DNA from: Phycisphaera sp.
GTDB lineage: Bacteria > Planctomycetota > Phycisphaerae > Phycisphaerales > Phycisphaeraceae
Length of the DNA stretch: 59,378 nt
Direction of reading: 5' to 3'
Assembly: GCA_023300125.1 (NCBI GenBank)
Contig: JALZVY010000091.1
Location: 1 to 59,378, forward strand
Shown piece after piece: positions 43,316 through 53,895 of this stretch (its first letter is position 1; each line of letters begins with the position of its first letter). Under the pieces are notes generated by a model. It was not told the origin of the DNA. It saw nothing but the letters and a program-made list of their open reading frames with translations, and did not search any database. A program made the translations under genes and the position numbers.

Positions 43316-44512
43316 ATGCCCGCTTTGAACCGCATCTATATGGATCACGCCGCGACCAGCTTCCCCAAGCCCCAGGAGGTGATCGATGCGATGGTGCGCT
43401 ACCAGACCGAGTTGGGGGCCTCGCCTGGCCGGGGGGCTTATGCCGAGGCTCAGGAGTCGGCGGCGGGCATGCAGGTCTGCCGGCAGCGGATCAACACGCT
43501 GCTTAACGGGCAGTCGCCCGATCACGTGGTGTTCACGCTGAATACCTCGGATGCGCTAAATTTGGCGATCCGGGGGCTGGTGCGCTCCGGCGATCACGTG
43601 GTGACGACCTGGCTGGATCACAACTCGGTGCTTCGCCCGCTCAACGAGCTTGAAGCACGCGGCGAGATCACCCAGACCCGGGTGCGCTGCGACCCGGCGA
43701 CGGGTTTGGTGGACCCCGAAGATCTGCGGGCCGCGGTGACCGAGCGCACCCGCTTGATCGCGTGCGTGCATGGTTCGAATGTGACGGGCACGCTGCAGCC
43801 GGTGCGGGCCATCGGTGCGGTGGCCCGCGCGTGCGGCGTTCCGCTGCTGGTGGACGCGGCCCAAACCGCGGGCCACGTGCCGATTGATGTGCAGGCCGAC
43901 GGCATCGACCTGCTGGCGGCGCCGGGGCACAAGGGGTTGCTGGGGCCGTTGGGCACGGGCTTTCTCTACATTCGCCCGGGGGTTGAGAAGTTGATGCGGA
44001 CCGTGCGGGAGGGTGGGACAGGCAGCCGATCTGATTTGGACGTGCAGCCGGAGTTCATGCCCGATCGTTTTGAACCCGGCAGCCACAACGCACTGGGCAT
44101 CTTGGGCCTGAGCGCGGGGGTCAAGTACATCTTGGATCGTGGTGTGCCGGCGCTGTGGGCCCATGAACAGACGCTGGTCCGGGCGATGATCGACGGCCTG
44201 AGGGACGCCACGCCGGGACTCACGCTTTACGGGCCGCCGGGGGTGGCAGACCGGTGCGCGGTGTTTTCGGTGCGTATTGCAGGCATTGACGACCCGCTGG
44301 AGTTGGCCATGTGGTTGGAGCGCGAGTACGGCCTGCTGACACGGGCGGGCATTCACTGCGCTCCCTTGGCCCACCGCACGATCGGGACCCACGCGGCGGG
44401 GGGAACGACGCGGATGAGTTTTGGCCCTTTCACAACGCTTGAAGACGTGGCTCACGCCTGCGATGCCCTGGCGGAGATCTGTGCGGCGGTGGGGGCGGGG
44501 GCTGCGCGGTAG
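43316..44512 (+). CDS. Cysteine desulfurase family (class V aminotransferase)
   Basis: IYMDHAATSFPKP, HNSVLRP, HGSNVTG, DAAQTAG, PGHKGLLGP.GTG, RAGIHCAP. Confidence 0.9.
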   Translation: MPALNRIYMDHAATSFPKPQEVIDAMVRYQTELGASPGRGAYAEAQESAAGMQVCRQRINTLLNGQSPDHVVFTLNTSDALNLAIRGLVRSGDHVVTTWLDHNSVLRPLNELEARGEITQTRVRCDPATGLVDPEDLRAAVTERTRLIACVHGSNVTGTLQPVRAIGAVARACGVPLLVDAAQTAGHVPIDVQADGIDLLAAPGHKGLLGPLGTGFLYIRPGVEKLMRTVREGGTGSRSDLDVQPEFMPDRFEPGSHNALGILGLSAGVKYILDRGVPALWAHEQTLVRAMIDGLRDATPGLTLYGPPGVADRCAVFSVRIAGIDDPLELAMWLEREYGLLTRAGIHCAPLAHRTIGTHAAGGTTRMSFGPFTTLEDVAHACDALAEICAAVGAGAAR

Positions 44513-44524
44513 AAGTAAGGCTCG

Positions 44525-47500
44525 CTAAGTTTTTGGTGCCGGGCTTGAGGTGTTCAAGGCGGTGCGTAGCGTGGTGACGTGATCGATGCAGCGGCGGCTT
44601 TCGGCTCTCAGGTGGTCGATCTGCCGTCGCATTTCATCGAGGCTGGCGTCGCTGGTGTCGTGCCCCAGGTGTTCGCAGTGAGCAGCGAGATCACGTAGTT
44701 CGAAAGCCGTGATGAGCCCGGCGGCCCCTTTGATGGCGTGGGAGGCTGCCCGAGCGGCCGCGGCGTCACCGGTACTCAAGGCGGTCTCGAATGCTTGGAT
44801 CTGGGTGGGCAGGCCTTGCGTGAAGCTGTCGAATATGGCTGAGAGAAACTGGGTGTCGCCCATGCACCGTTCCAAGGCGTCTTGGGCATCTAGGGGGGGC
44901 TTGGTGGGCGCTTTCACGAGACGGTACTGCTTGATGGCGGCACGCAACGCAGCGGGATCGATGGGTTTGTCCAGCCAGCCATTGATGCCCGCGGCGGTGC
45001 CCGCGGCGCGGTCGCTGGTGCCTCCCGCGGCGGTCACCCCGAGGATCACCGCCGGCGCAGCGCCCACCGCTGCCTCGGCGTCGCGGATGGCTTGGGTGGC
45101 GGTCCAGCCGTCCATCTCGGGCAGGTGATAATCCATGAGCACCAGCCTGTAACCCGCGTCATGGTCGTTCAGGCGCTGGGTGTAGCGGCGGATTGCGTCG
45201 CGACCATCGGTCGAGGCGTTGCACATGACCCCCCGGCGGCGCAGAAGCTCGGCGAGATACTGCCGGTTGGTGAGGTCGTCCTCGACCAGCAGCACCTGCG
45301 CGTCGGGCGATTCGACGCAGGCGGGGTCTGAAATAGGAACGACGCAAGGTGTCGGCTCCACGCCCGGCGGCGACGCATGGGTATTGATGTTGAGTAGCCC
45401 GTCGATGGCCTCGGCAAGTTGGGCTGTACAGCAAGGTTTGGTCAGCAACAGCATGGACACAGAAGTGGTTGTGGGCTGGGTGCATGTCACCGGGGCCAAG
45501 ATCAGGTGCGGGGTGGAGTCGGTGGTGTCGCCAATGGGAGGTGTCGAGCAGGCCGCATTGGCACGCACATTGGTGACACGCAGGTCATAAGCCTCGTTGG
45601 AGCCCACGACTTCGAGTCCCAAGTCGCGAAGGTTTTGGCTTAGACGTGACCGGTTGACGGGGTCAGGGTCGGTCAGCAGAACCCGGCCGTTGAGCCGTGT
45701 GGACTGGTGGCACGGACCTTCGGTGGGGGCGCGATCCAGATAGACCGTGACGGTGAACGTCGAGCCGCGGCCGGCCGCGCTGTCAATGTCGATGTTACCG
45801 TCCATCGCCTCGACCAATGAGCGGCAAATGGAGAGCCCCAGCCCCGTGCCGCCGTAGCGGCGGGTCGCCGACGAATCGGTTTGAACAAAAGGTTCGAAGA
45901 GTTGTGTTTGTTGATCCGTGGGGATTCCGATCCCCGTGTCGATGACCGAGAGGGTGATGCCGCAGCGCGAGGGCGGCAAATGGTCTGGGAGATCCGCGGG
46001 GGCCAAACGGATGTGGATGCTGCCGGCCTCGGTGAACTTCACGGCGTTGGCCAAGAGATTGACCAGCACCTGCCGCAGGCGGCCGTTATCTCCCATACAC
46101 AAGGTCGGCGTCGAGGGGGCGATGTCGACGTTGAGCTCAAGGCCGGCCCGATGGGCGTGAAGAGCCATCACCCCGGCGGCGGACCACACGCATCGCTCGG
46201 GCGAGAAGGGCTCGTGATCCAACTGCAGGTGCCCGGCTTCGATTTTGGAAAAATCTAGCAAGCCGTTGATGAGGTCCAGCAGCAAGCGACTAGAGAAGCG
46301 GCACGATTCGACCAGGCTTTGTTGGCGGTTGTCCAAAGCGGTGTCGCTGAGCAGTTCGGTCATCCCGATCACGCCGCTGAGAGGGGTGCGTAATTCGTGG
46401 CTCATCGTGGCCAGGAAATCACCTTTGGCCAGGTTGGCTGCGTCGGCACGTTGGGCGGCGGATCGAAGCGATTCTTCGGCTTGTTTGGTGGGGTCGATAT
46501 CCAGGTTTAATCCCTGCATACGGACCGGCTGACCCATCGCGTCGCGCTCGACCACACGTCCGCAGCTCAAGTTCCATCGGTAGACGTCGCTGCTGTTGCG
46601 GACGCGGTATTCGACGCGGAATTCATTGGCATGGCCTTCCAAGTAGTTTTCTAAGGCCAAGTGGATGGCGGGAAGATCGTCGCGGTGCACGCGTTCGCGG
46701 AAGAATGAAAAATGCGAGGTGTCGTGCGTGCGTTTAAACCCGTTGAGTGTTAGCCACCGATCGCTGAGATTCAGCGCGTCGGTTTTGAGGTTCCATTCCC
46801 ATTCGCCGCCGTGGGCCGCGTTAAGCCCCATGGCCAAGCGACCGCTCATCTCGATGGCATGTTGTTCGGCACGAACCCGTTCGGTTTCTTCGGTGAAATT
46901 GATCAGTACGCCGTTGATCTTGCCACGCGTGTCGTACATCGGGACGCGGCTGATGCTGAGCCATCGCTGGAGACTCGGGGGACCGATCTGCTCTTGGACG
47001 TTGATGAGCGGTTGGCCACTTTCGATCACGTAGCGCTCTTGGGCATGGAGGATGCGTACGGTATCTTCTGCGTATCCCAAGTCATGGGCTGTTTTTCCAA
47101 TCGCCTCGTCTTGGTTTTTCATGTTGTGAAACCGAGCGAAGACGTCGTTGTATCCCAAAAGACGTCCCGAGGTGTCTTTCCAAAGAATGGCGATGGGGCT
47201 GGTGTCGATCACACGTTGAGCAAAAGTATGCTCGGCTGAAAGACGGCGGGTCAGCCGCCAAATAAAAAGCATCGAACTTAAAGCGATAAAGGCTACAAAC
47301 ACCAAGTTTGCGACTTGCCAGGCGCTTTCTTCATACGCGCGATCAGATTCAAGAGACCTGATGCGTTGATTGATCGGGCGCATCATCTGCATGGCCAACT
47401 GATCGATCTCATCTCCCTGGTCTCTGGCGGCGAGGATTTGTGGAGACTCGGGGGCGCTGGTCCGCGCGGCGACCCTCGTGGAGGGCGTTGTTTCTTCTAG

Positions 47501-47899
47501 TGTGTCGAGTGACTGTTGTAGAGTCTGAATATCCTGGGAAGACAGTATGTTTCCTCTTTTTAGGATTGCGAGAGCGTCTTGGCAGGTTGATTCGGTTTCG
47601 GTAGCGGCTGATCCGGGCAGAAAAAGGCTACGGATTCGGTGTTCATACCCGGCGCGGTATTGGAGCATGGCTTCACGCTCGATGTGTGCCGTCATCACCG
47701 CGTTGTCGATGGATCGTGTGCGGTCGGATCGATATACCTGCATGCCCACCGCGGCGGTAAACGCAACCGCGAGAACCACGGTGGCGACCACGGGGTGGCG
47801 GTGGCGGGCACCGCCCGTGGTCTTGTTCTGTCCAGGCGGTGTCGCCGGGGTGCGAGAAGTGCCACGTTGCTCAGTAAGAATTGGCGGAGGGGTCTGCAT
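44525..47899 (-). CDS. Hybrid sensor histidine kinase (TM-PAS-PAS-HisKA-HATPase-REC-Hpt)
   Basis: FLATMSHELRTPL, QVLVNLLANAVKFT, DTGIGI, GGTGLGL, LMDYHLPEMDG, SHAIKGAA; start codon uncertain. Confidence 0.93.
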   Translation of the reverse strand: MQTPPPILTEQRGTSRTPATPPGQNKTTGGARHRHPVVATVVLAVAFTAAVGMQVYRSDRTRSIDNAVMTAHIEREAMLQYRAGYEHRIRSLFLPGSAATETESTCQDALAILKRGNILSSQDIQTLQQSLDTLEETTPSTRVAARTSAPESPQILAARDQGDEIDQLAMQMMRPINQRIRSLESDRAYEESAWQVANLVFVAFIALSSMLFIWRLTRRLSAEHTFAQRVIDTSPIAILWKDTSGRLLGYNDVFARFHNMKNQDEAIGKTAHDLGYAEDTVRILHAQERYVIESGQPLINVQEQIGPPSLQRWLSISRVPMYDTRGKINGVLINFTEETERVRAEQHAIEMSGRLAMGLNAAHGGEWEWNLKTDALNLSDRWLTLNGFKRTHDTSHFSFFRERVHRDDLPAIHLALENYLEGHANEFRVEYRVRNSSDVYRWNLSCGRVVERDAMGQPVRMQGLNLDIDPTKQAEESLRSAAQRADAANLAKGDFLATMSHELRTPLSGVIGMTELLSDTALDNRQQSLVESCRFSSRLLLDLINGLLDFSKIEAGHLQLDHEPFSPERCVWSAAGVMALHAHRAGLELNVDIAPSTPTLCMGDNGRLRQVLVNLLANAVKFTEAGSIHIRLAPADLPDHLPPSRCGITLSVIDTGIGIPTDQQTQLFEPFVQTDSSATRRYGGTGLGLSICRSLVEAMDGNIDIDSAAGRGSTFTVTVYLDRAPTEGPCHQSTRLNGRVLLTDPDPVNRSRLSQNLRDLGLEVVGSNEAYDLRVTNVRANAACSTPPIGDTTDSTPHLILAPVTCTQPTTTSVSMLLLTKPCCTAQLAEAIDGLLNINTHASPPGVEPTPCVVPISDPACVESPDAQVLLVEDDLTNRQYLAELLRRRGVMCNASTDGRDAIRRYTQRLNDHDAGYRLVLMDYHLPEMDGWTATQAIRDAEAAVGAAPAVILGVTAAGGTSDRAAGTAAGINGWLDKPIDPAALRAAIKQYRLVKAPTKPPLDAQDALERCMGDTQFLSAIFDSFTQGLPTQIQAFETALSTGDAAAARAASHAIKGAAGLITAFELRDLAAHCEHLGHDTSDASLDEMRRQIDHLRAESRRCIDHVTTLRTALNTSSPAPKT

Positions 47900-48117
47900 G
47901 TTCGGGTTGAAATGCGTGTGATGAGATGGGTGACAGCTGCTGGCTTTACATCGGAAAGTTCTGCGTGCCGCCTCGGAGGCCGTGAATGATTTCAAATCCT
48001 GTACCGATAAGTCGCAGACGTGGTTATTTTTAAAAAGTTCCCCCCCAACTCTCAGAGTCGATCTGCCCCTGCCCGATGGATAAGTACGCCCATCTTGACG
48101 TATGGCAAGGAAAAACC

Positions 48118-48555
48118 ATGGCCGAGATTTTGATCGTTGATGACCTGCAGATGTTCCGTGATCCGGTAGCCGATGCGCTGCGTGAACGGGGTTGCACCGT
48201 GACCGTGGCGAGCGATGGCCGCCAGTGCCTGGACGCGGTGCAGCGCCGCGTGCCTGATTTGGTGCTGCTGGACATCTCGATGCCGGTGATGGATGGGGTG
48301 GACACGCTGTTGTCGCTGCGGTCCGAGCCGCGTTCGTCTCACCTGCCTGTGATTATGTTGACCGACGCTGCGGAGCGCGATTTGATTGTCAAAGCGGGCA
48401 AACTGGGGATCAGCGGATACATTTTGAAGTCTTCGTTTTCAATGGAGACGCTCTTGCAAAGGATCGACGACGCATTGGACGGCCGGGAGATGGAAACCGA
48501 ACTCGACCAATTGGGTGTCATTGAAGCCCCCAAGCGGTTGAACGGGGCGGCGTAG
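48118..48555 (+). CDS. Single-domain response regulator
   Basis: ILIVDD, PDLVLLDISMPVMDG, VIMLT, YILK; AAGGA RBS. Confidence 0.9.
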   Translation: MAEILIVDDLQMFRDPVADALRERGCTVTVASDGRQCLDAVQRRVPDLVLLDISMPVMDGVDTLLSLRSEPRSSHLPVIMLTDAAERDLIVKAGKLGISGYILKSSFSMETLLQRIDDALDGREMETELDQLGVIEAPKRLNGAA

Positions 48556-48862
48556 TTTGTATTTCAGCTCAGGCGTGCCTTGCTCCTGCCGGGCTTTGCG
48601 TGGACGCAGGCATGCCGATGGCTTTGGGGTGGTGGTGGGCGCGGGGATCTGTGCCGAAAAATTGATCGACTATAAGTATCTTTGAAATAGATGCTCATAT
48701 TTTCACGCTCCGTCTGTTCGCGGCCAGGAGGCCAATCTGAATGGCGGTGGCTGGTACGGAGTCGCGTTGTGGCTGTGATGGGCGATACTGCGCCTCGCCG
48801 CGGGTAAAGCATGCGAAAAAAATTGAAATAGGACTTGCACACGCGTGGGAGGCGTGCTTTAA

Positions 48863-48876
48863 TTGGACCGGTCCAA
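48863..48876. promoter_or_regulatory. LacI-type operator 1, overlapping the lacI-family promoter
   Basis: Palindrome TTGGACCGGTCCAA starting at the last base of TTGCAC-17-TTTAAT (48835-48863). Confidence 0.8.
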
Positions 48877-48930
48877 ATCTTGGGCTTGTCGGCTTAAGAA
48901 TCACTTGTATTGAGCCCGTGAGATCACGCC

Positions 48931-49956
48931 ATGGCTTCTTCTTCCAACAAAACGATGACTATCCGTCAATTCGCCGAGCTGTGTGGGGTGTCCAAGTCGA
49001 CCGCCAGCCTGGCGTTTAAACCGGCCGCCGAATGCCCGTTGGCAGAGAAGACGCGTGAGGCGATCCTCAAAACCGCGGCCGAGGTGAATTACCGGCCCAA
49101 CTGGCGTGGCCGGGCGCTCTCGACCCAGAAGAGCGGGGCGATCGGGCTGGTCTACGCGGGCAACTCTCCGTACATGTCGAATTATTACGGCCTGCTGATT
49201 GGTGAGTTGATGGACCGTTTGGCTGTAAAGGGCTTCGATTTGATGCACATTCGGGCCGGCGTCGGCGGGGCAGCGTTACAACGCAAGCTCGCTGAGCGGC
49301 GGATCGATGGCTGTTTCTTCGTGGCTTACCGAGCTGAACTGATCAAGCTGGTCGATACCCGCGCGGTGCCCTCAGTGCTGATCAACGGCAACCCCTACGA
49401 CAATGCCTCGTGCGTTCACATCGACGACATCCGCGCCGCCCGCGAAGCCACTGCTTACCTCATTGGGCGAGGCCACCGTCGCATCACGTTTTACAACGAC
49501 TTGATTCGCGACACCGGGCACCGGTCGGTGGGCGAACGTCTCGCGGGCTACCGCGAGGCGATGCGCGACGCGGGCCTCTCAGAACATATTCAGTCGGTGG
49601 TGGCCGAGCAGGCTCAGTACGCCGAGCACTTGGCGGGCCAGTCACCGGACATTCGCCCCACCGCGGTACTCGGCTACGACGACCAGCGCACGGTCGAACT
49701 GAGTCTTGAACTGTGGCGACAGGGTGTGGCGGTACCCCATGACCTGAGCCTGATGGGATTCAACGACGAGGCTTCGAGCCGAAACACGATCCCGCCGCTG
49801 ACCACGATGCGGTTTCCGGTGACCGACGTCGCGGACGCGGGCGCGGCAGCCATGCTGCGCCGGATCGAAGCCAAGAGCCCTGCAGCGGGCGATGTGGTTC
49901 AGCTTCCGATGACACGGGTCGATCGCGATTCGGTCGGTCCGCCGCCGGCAAGCTGA
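48931..49956 (+). CDS. LacI family transcriptional regulator
   Basis: TIRQFAELCGVSKSTASLAF HTH, YRPN, GHRRI, ERLAGY, VPHDLSLMGFND, PPLTT. Confidence 0.93.
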   Translation: MASSSNKTMTIRQFAELCGVSKSTASLAFKPAAECPLAEKTREAILKTAAEVNYRPNWRGRALSTQKSGAIGLVYAGNSPYMSNYYGLLIGELMDRLAVKGFDLMHIRAGVGGAALQRKLAERRIDGCFFVAYRAELIKLVDTRAVPSVLINGNPYDNASCVHIDDIRAAREATAYLIGRGHRRITFYNDLIRDTGHRSVGERLAGYREAMRDAGLSEHIQSVVAEQAQYAEHLAGQSPDIRPTAVLGYDDQRTVELSLELWRQGVAVPHDLSLMGFNDEASSRNTIPPLTTMRFPVTDVADAGAAAMLRRIEAKSPAAGDVVQLPMTRVDRDSVGPPPAS

Positions 49957-50059
49957 TGCGTTGTTGCCACAAGTGCTTGGCCTAAGTGGTCGCCCCGAAA
50001 TATTGCCGTCAAATACTGCTCTCTTATCCCTACCCTCCCATTTTACCTGAGATTATCTG

Positions 50060-50842
50060 ATGAAAAATTTCATTGCCATGAGCGACAGCAGTTGCCTTCC
50101 GGCGGCCAAACGCCCGCGGAGTAGGGCCTTCACCCTGATCGAACTTTTGGTCGTCATTTCGATTATTGCGCTGCTCATCGGCATCCTGCTGCCGGCGCTG
50201 AGCTCCGCCCGCGACACGGCCCGCGGTGTCAAATGCCTTTCTGGCTTAAGGCAGGCCGGATTTGCGTCGTTGGCTTATGCCGACGAAAACAAAGGGCGGC
50301 TTCCACACGGTTTTCTCCGAGATCCGTCGGGTACGGAGATCAGCGGGTGGGATACCGTGCTCACCGGTTGGATGAGTGCGCAGGGGACGACCTTTAGCAG
50401 CGGTGTAGAACGCAGTGAAATTTTTCAGTGCCCCTCGGCCGGGGTGGCAATGGGCACGCGACACTATTCGGCGCAGCCATTCATGATGCCCGACATCAAC
50501 CTGGCAGATGCCAACCCGATGCGGCAATACAACACGGCAAGGATTGTCCGCTCGAGCGAAATCATCATGCTCGGCGATGGCGTACAGGATCCGTTGACCG
50601 GCACCGCGTCAACAAGTTACTTCGCGGTTCCGGGTGCCGCGTTTCAGCCCTTTGACAGCAGCCGAACCAACAACAACGACCCGATCGCCGACGAGGGGCG
50701 AAACGCCGATTTGGCGGCCAACAATGGTTTTCTTCGTTACCGCCACGGCGGTGAAACCTCTGCGAACGCGGTGCACCCCGACGGCCACGCAGAGAGTTAC
50801 GTCAACGGTGACATCTTGCGCCGCAACACGCAGTCAGACTGA
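50060..50842 (+). CDS. Prepilin-type DUF1559 / H-X9-DG protein
   Basis: [43 protein letters not shown]...N....DGHA. Confidence 0.92.
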   Translation: MKNFIAMSDSSCLPAAKRPRSRAFTLIELLVVISIIALLIGILLPALSSARDTARGVKCLSGLRQAGFASLAYADENKGRLPHGFLRDPSGTEISGWDTVLTGWMSAQGTTFSSGVERSEIFQCPSAGVAMGTRHYSAQPFMMPDINLADANPMRQYNTARIVRSSEIIMLGDGVQDPLTGTASTSYFAVPGAAFQPFDSSRTNNNDPIADEGRNADLAANNGFLRYRHGGETSANAVHPDGHAESYVNGDILRRNTQSD

Positions 50843-50858
50843 TTACTGTCCCACATAA

Positions 50859-50874
50859 TTTGGACCGGTCCAAA
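50859..50874. promoter_or_regulatory. LacI-type operator 2
   Basis: Perfect 16-bp palindrome TTTGGACCGGTCCAAA abutting CATAAT, upstream of the PEP-CTERM gene. Confidence 0.8.
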
Positions 50875-50910
50875 GTATGTTTCTTTGCTTCCCAAAAAAG
50901 GAGATTTTTG

Positions 50911-51657
50911 ATGATTTGTTCCCCTCGTAATCTAGCTCTCACCGCTGTTGTGGCCTTGGCCGCGTCCTCCGCGGTGGGTCAGACCGCACTTGTGACCTAT
51001 GACTTCAATAACGCAGACGCCAACCGCGACTTCAACGCCACGGCGACCAACGGCGGCGGCGCCCCCTTGGCCATCCAAGAGTTTAACCCCTCCGACCAGG
51101 CAGTCGGCGTCACCGGGAGCAATCTCTTCGCCACCGGCGGCGGAACCACGAATGGCGTTCGGCTGGGCAGTAACACCCTGACCTACGGCGTGACTCAAGG
51201 CGACGTTCTGGTGGTCGGGACCACGGGCTCGGCAGCACTTTCTTTGGACGACTACTTCAGCTTCACAGTGACTCCCGACGCGGGTCAACAGTTGGACCTG
51301 AATGGGATCACCGTGGAGGCCGCCCGAGGCGGTGGCAGCGATCGGGGCTTCGAGGTCCGGTCGAGCCTCGATAACTACACCGCCGTGCTCACCGGCTCGG
51401 AGACTGTTCTCATCCCGAGCCAACGTCCCACGCTCACCGACTTCACCGTCGACCTGAGCGCTGCGGCATTCGATGCGGTGGGTGCTCCTGTGGAGTTCCG
51501 TGTCTACGTGCAGAGCACCGGTACAAACAACTCACTCGAGTTCGACAACCTCGTGGTCCTCGGCTCGGCTAACCCTGTTCCCGAGCCCGGTTCGCTTGGG
51601 CTAGTGGGTCTGGGCGTCTTGGCTTTGGCCCGTGGCCGCAAGGCTTCGGTTGCCTGA
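50911..51657 (+). CDS. PEP-CTERM sorting domain surface protein
   Basis: Signal peptide, beta-rich domain, VPEPGSLGLVGLGVLALARGRK; AAGGAG RBS. Confidence 0.92.
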   Translation: MICSPRNLALTAVVALAASSAVGQTALVTYDFNNADANRDFNATATNGGGAPLAIQEFNPSDQAVGVTGSNLFATGGGTTNGVRLGSNTLTYGVTQGDVLVVGTTGSAALSLDDYFSFTVTPDAGQQLDLNGITVEAARGGGSDRGFEVRSSLDNYTAVLTGSETVLIPSQRPTLTDFTVDLSAAAFDAVGAPVEFRVYVQSTGTNNSLEFDNLVVLGSANPVPEPGSLGLVGLGVLALARGRKASVA

Positions 51658-51819
51658 TCTAGATAGCTTTTGTGTCCTGTTCGGTGAAAACTGAACAGGA
51701 CGTTTTGGAAGAGGGGGAGATCGCCCTTTTTTTTGGCCGCGGGTCATCGATACAGCATGTGTTTGTGGCATTGGCGGCTTGTTCTCTTAAATAGGTTTAG
51801 CCCACGTGGGCGCATCGTC

Positions 51820-53688
51820 ATGGTTAACGTCATACTCCGTATCGCCATTGAGATTGGGCCGCGCTCTTGGAAGGTGATGGTGGCATTCACGTGCGGGTGC
51901 CTGAGCTGTACGGCTCTTGCTGGGGGCTCTGAGCCCGTGCCGTCTGCCAGCCCGGTTGCCAGCGCGGTGGCGGTGGTTGAGGAGCTTGAGCCTGCAGAAA
52001 TCATGAACCCCCGCGGTTTCGTGCTTTTTGGCGACGATGCTGTGAAACTCGGAGCGCTGTCCGAGTTGCCAACGCTGGACGGTGTGGAGGGGCCGGCGTA
52101 CCGCGTGACGACCCGCGGCACGCCCTCGGCCAAATGGGGGGTCCAACTCCATGCATACAACGCCTCTGCCATCCGCAAGGGCGACGTTGTTTTCGCCACG
52201 TTTAAGGCCCGCAGCGGCGGGTCGCTGGTGGGCGATGCGACGACCGAGTTCATCTTCGAACGGGCGTCGCCCGACTGGGAAAAGTCAGTGGCCTTCAGCA
52301 CCACCGTGGGGCTGGCGTGGACGCAGATCGATATCCCCTTTCGGGCGGCCGCCGATTTGGGGCCTGGTGAAGGGCACGCCAGCTTCAGGGTGGGGTACGC
52401 CGGACAAACGATCGAGATCGCGGAGATCCGCATCGTGAACCTGGGGCCGGACCACGATCTCTTGTCGCTGCCTGCGACCTCGCGTACGTACGAGGGCATG
52501 GAAGACGACGCGCCGTGGCGTGCTGCGGCCCAGGCGCGGATCAACCAACACCGCACCGCGGATTTCAACGTTCGCGTGGTGGATGCCCAGGGCAGCCCCG
52601 TTCCCCGTGCGAGTGTGTCGCTGGACATGACCCGCAGCGCTTTTGGTTTTGGATCGGCCGTGGTTGCGGAGATGCTGGTGTCTGACACGCCAGAGGCGGA
52701 GTCTTACCGCGGGATCGTTTCTGAGCATTTCAACGAAGTGGTCTTTGAAAACGATATGAAGTGGGGCTTTCAGGGCAGCCGATTGGCGAACACCGATGCG
52801 GCGGTGGACTGGCTCGAAGCCCAGGGTATCGCGGTGCGTGGCCACTGTTTGGTGTGGCCGTCGTGGGGCCATGTGCCCGAGACACTCAAGCAGCTCAACG
52901 ATGCGGGCGACCACGACGCGATGCGTGCGGTGATCGCGGAGCGCATCGCCGGGGCGGTGGGCCGCTACGCCGGCCGGTTGATGGACTGGGACGTGATGAA
53001 CGAGGTCTTTACCAATCACGACCTGGTCGATGTGCTGGGTGAGCCTGAGATGGCCCGCTGGTTTGAGCAGGCCCACGCGGCTGATCCCGCGGCGAAGCTC
53101 TACATCAACGACTACGGCATCTTGACCGGCGGCGGGACCGACGAGGCCCATCAGGCGGCTTACGAGGCCACGATCCGCGGCCTGATCGAGCATGGGGCGC
53201 CGATCCACGGCGTGGGCATGCAGGGGCATTTTGGGCAGACGCTGACCCCGCCCCACACGCTGCTGAAGGTCTTGGATCGCTATGCCGCGATGGGGCTGGG
53301 GATCAAGGTCACTGAGTTCGACATTTCGATGGACAACGAATCGATGCAGGCCGCCTACGCCCGGGATTTCTTGACGGCGATGTACTCGCACCCCGCCGTG
53401 GAGGCGGTGGTGATGTGGGGCTTTTGGGAACGCCGGCACTGGCGGCCCAACGCGGCGTGGTGGCGGGCCGACTGGTCGCCCCGGCCCGCGGTGGCGGCGA
53501 TGCGGACACTGCTGGAAGACCAGTGGTGGACACGCGAGCAGGGATCGACCGACGCGCAGGGCCGCTGGTCGGCCCGCGGCCATTTGGGGGAGTACCGCGT
53601 GCGGGTCACCACGCCAGACGGCGGCGCGTTGGAGCATTCTGCCACCCACCGCATCGCGGGCACCGAGGTGGTCGTCACGTTGGATTGA
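51820..53688 (+). CDS. GH10 endo-1,4-beta-xylanase-like enzyme with N-terminal CBM-like domain
   Basis: FENDMKW, RGHCLVW, WDVMNE (acid/base), LYINDY, GMQGH, VTEFD (nucleophile), WGFW; start codon uncertain. Confidence 0.88.
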   Translation: MVNVILRIAIEIGPRSWKVMVAFTCGCLSCTALAGGSEPVPSASPVASAVAVVEELEPAEIMNPRGFVLFGDDAVKLGALSELPTLDGVEGPAYRVTTRGTPSAKWGVQLHAYNASAIRKGDVVFATFKARSGGSLVGDATTEFIFERASPDWEKSVAFSTTVGLAWTQIDIPFRAAADLGPGEGHASFRVGYAGQTIEIAEIRIVNLGPDHDLLSLPATSRTYEGMEDDAPWRAAAQARINQHRTADFNVRVVDAQGSPVPRASVSLDMTRSAFGFGSAVVAEMLVSDTPEAESYRGIVSEHFNEVVFENDMKWGFQGSRLANTDAAVDWLEAQGIAVRGHCLVWPSWGHVPETLKQLNDAGDHDAMRAVIAERIAGAVGRYAGRLMDWDVMNEVFTNHDLVDVLGEPEMARWFEQAHAADPAAKLYINDYGILTGGGTDEAHQAAYEATIRGLIEHGAPIHGVGMQGHFGQTLTPPHTLLKVLDRYAAMGLGIKVTEFDISMDNESMQAAYARDFLTAMYSHPAVEAVVMWGFWERRHWRPNAAWWRADWSPRPAVAAMRTLLEDQWWTREQGSTDAQGRWSARGHLGEYRVRVTTPDGGALEHSATHRIAGTEVVVTLD

Positions 53689-53858
53689 GGCCGCGGTGGG
53701 GGCGGGCGGGGCTGGCTTCTATGGCTTTATTTGCAATAGGCTTGTGTGTTTTGCAGGCGAAATATTGGGCGGCCCGTGGTTGAAAGCGAGGGGGCGCTTG
53801 GGCCACGCCTTACGGCGTCCTGAGGGGGTGGGGCCCCCTGTGCTTTTGGCTTGGCGAA

Positions 53859-53890
53859 CAAAAAAAGGTGACCGCTGAGCGGTCACCTTT
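53859..53890. terminator. Intrinsic terminator downstream of tRNA-Ser
   Basis: aaaaaaaaggtgaccgct-g-agcggtcaccttt. Confidence 0.8.
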
Positions 53891-53895
53891 CATAG

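Noticed and set aside
44525-53895. Genomic island integrated at tRNA-Ser (somewhat lower-GC kinase and glycan genes downstream of the tRNA)
   Set aside because: I could not find a duplicated tRNA-Ser 3' end or an integrase; horizontal origin is possible but unsupported.
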